DNA of 64,000 nucleotides from Spirochaetota bacterium. Its GTDB lineage: Bacteria > Spirochaetota > UBA4802 > UBA5550. Both the position numbers and the translations under genes were made by a program. Numbering within the stretch: position 1 is the stretch's first letter; every line of letters begins with the position of its first letter. The stretch is from NCBI GenBank assembly GCA_036848375.1, contig DAIUKG010000024.1, positions 126 through 64,125 on the forward strand, read 5' to 3'. This document shows, in pieces, positions 63,003 through 64,000 of the stretch. The notes under the pieces were generated by a model, which saw only the letters and a list, made by a program, of their open reading frames with translations, had not been told where the DNA came from and searched no databases.

Positions 63003-64000
63003 CTATTTTTTATATTTTGCTTTTGGTGCTTTAGCTTTCGCAGGTGCCTTCTTTTTCGGCGCCTTTTTTGCTGCAGGCTTTTTAGGGACTGCCTTTTTTG
63101 CCGGTTTCGCTTTTACCGCAGCTTTTTTCGCAGCCGCCTTCTTCGCAGGTTTCACTTTTGCAACTGCTTTTTTCGCAGATTTCGCAGAACTCTTTTCTGT
63201 TAATGCAGCCTGCGCTGCAGCCAGACGCGCTATGGGAACGCGGAAAGGCGAACAGCTTACATAATTCAAACCGACATTATGGCAAAATTCAACTGAACTC
63301 GGCTCACCGCCATGCTCTCCGCATATGCCGACTTTAAGGTTTTTCCTCACGCCGCGCCCTTTCTGGACAGCCATTTCGATAAGCTGGCCAACGCCTTCAC
63401 GGTCCAGTATTCTGAACGGGTCACTGGGAAGGATCTTCTTGGCTACATACTCCGGCAGGAAAGAACCCGAATCATCCCGGCTGTATCCGAACGTCATCTG
63501 GGTGAGGTCATTGGTCCCGAACGAGAAGAACTCGGCTTCACGGGCAATCAGATCAGCGGTAAGCGCTGCTCGCGGCACTTCAATCATGGTACCAACCTGA
63601 TACTCGACTTTCACTCCGGTTTCTTTCATGACCATAGTAGCGGCCTCGATGATAATTTTCTTCTGGAGTTCAAGCTCTTTAACCGTCCCCACAAGAGGAA
63701 CCATTACTTCAGGGCGAGCATCCACACCTTCTTTCTTGAGCTGGCATGCGGCCTCGAAGATCGCGCGCGCCTGCATTTCAGTGATTTCCGGATAGGTATT
63801 CCCGAGGCGGCATCCCCTGTGGCCGAGCATCGGATTAAATTCATGAAGAGCCTCAACCTTCGCCTTCACCTGGTCAACGGAAATGCCCAATTCCTGAGCC
63901 ATTTCGCGCTGGTTCTCTTCTTCATGGGGGACGAATTCATGCAGCGGCGGGTCAAGAAGCCGTATGGTAACGCCATAGCCTTCCATGGCCTTTAATATTC
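63003..64000 (-). CDS. ppdK: Pyruvate, phosphate dikinase (3' part, truncated by the window edge) with Lys/Ala/Pro-rich tail
   Basis: [58 protein letters not shown]. Confidence 0.96.
   Translation of the reverse strand, partial: ILKAMEGYGVTIRLLDPPLHEFVPHEEENQREMAQELGISVDQVKAKVEALHEFNPMLGHRGCRLGNTYPEITEMQARAIFEAACQLKKEGVDARPEVMVPLVGTVKELELQKKIIIEAATMVMKETGVKVEYQVGTMIEVPRAALTADLIAREAEFFSFGTNDLTQMTFGYSRDDSGSFLPEYVAKKILPSDPFRILDREGVGQLIEMAVQKGRGVRKNLKVGICGEHGGEPSSVEFCHNVGLNYVSCSPFRVPIARLAAAQAALTEKSSAKSAKKAVAKVKPAKKAAAKKAAVKAKPAKKAVPKKPAAKKAPKKKAPAKAKAPKAKYKK

Noticed and set aside
62919-63264. Plus-strand Phe/Ala-rich ORFs (94 aa and 106 aa) with repetitive FFAAAF or CFFRR patterns
   Set aside because: These are antisense readings of the PPDK Lys/Ala tail codons.
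1-64000. CRISPR arrays, tRNA/rRNA genes, riboswitches, and Sec/Pyl read-through between adjacent genes
   Set aside because: No regularly spaced direct repeats, no tRNA cloverleaf with T-loop/D-loop consensus, no riboswitch consensus recognised by eye, and the adjacent same-strand ORF pairs I checked are out of frame. An Infernal/tRNAscan run would be needed to exclude weak RNAs.

Overview
A 64-kb bacterial chromosomal window with about 50 protein-coding genes. I found no rRNA, tRNA, CRISPR array, transposase or integrase. Gene content (Leptospira-like envelope genes such as AsmA-like, FecR and TPR/PD40 lipoproteins, together with anaerobe-type genes such as an ASKHA/RACo activator, a 4Fe-4S protein and PPDK) suggests an uncultured Spirochaetota-like organism; this is inference only. 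Recognisable housekeeping genes are tatD, pyrB-pyrC, manC, ctaB/cyoE, panB, an Lrp regulator, an aspartate aminotransferase-like gene and a partial ppdK. The most interesting candidate system lies at 52.4-59.5 kb. It is a minus-strand operon (unknown domain X, calcineurin-like phosphatase, membrane Ser/Thr kinase, polytopic membrane-FHA protein, VWA-TM-FHA protein) set head-to-head with a paralog of domain X fused to an HU/IHF-like DNA-binding domain, and both FHA domains lack the canonical phosphothreonine-binding residues. Other highlights: a tandem 2x[output-less HAMP receptor + TSUP permease] operon; an AsmA/YdbH-like + YdbL-like + 2477-aa PD40/TPR/pseudo-CHAT envelope operon; a HEAT-repeat pseudo-cyclase; a PPDK with a histone-H1-like Lys/Ala/Pro tail; two copies of a covarying cloverleaf palindromic element; a MITE-like element with a target-site duplication; and a near-leaderless pyrB promoter with an E. 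coli pyrC-like T6-C7-G8-G9 start region. All protein assignments come from motif recognition by eye, not database searches. Several start codons were moved from the ORF track using RBS evidence.
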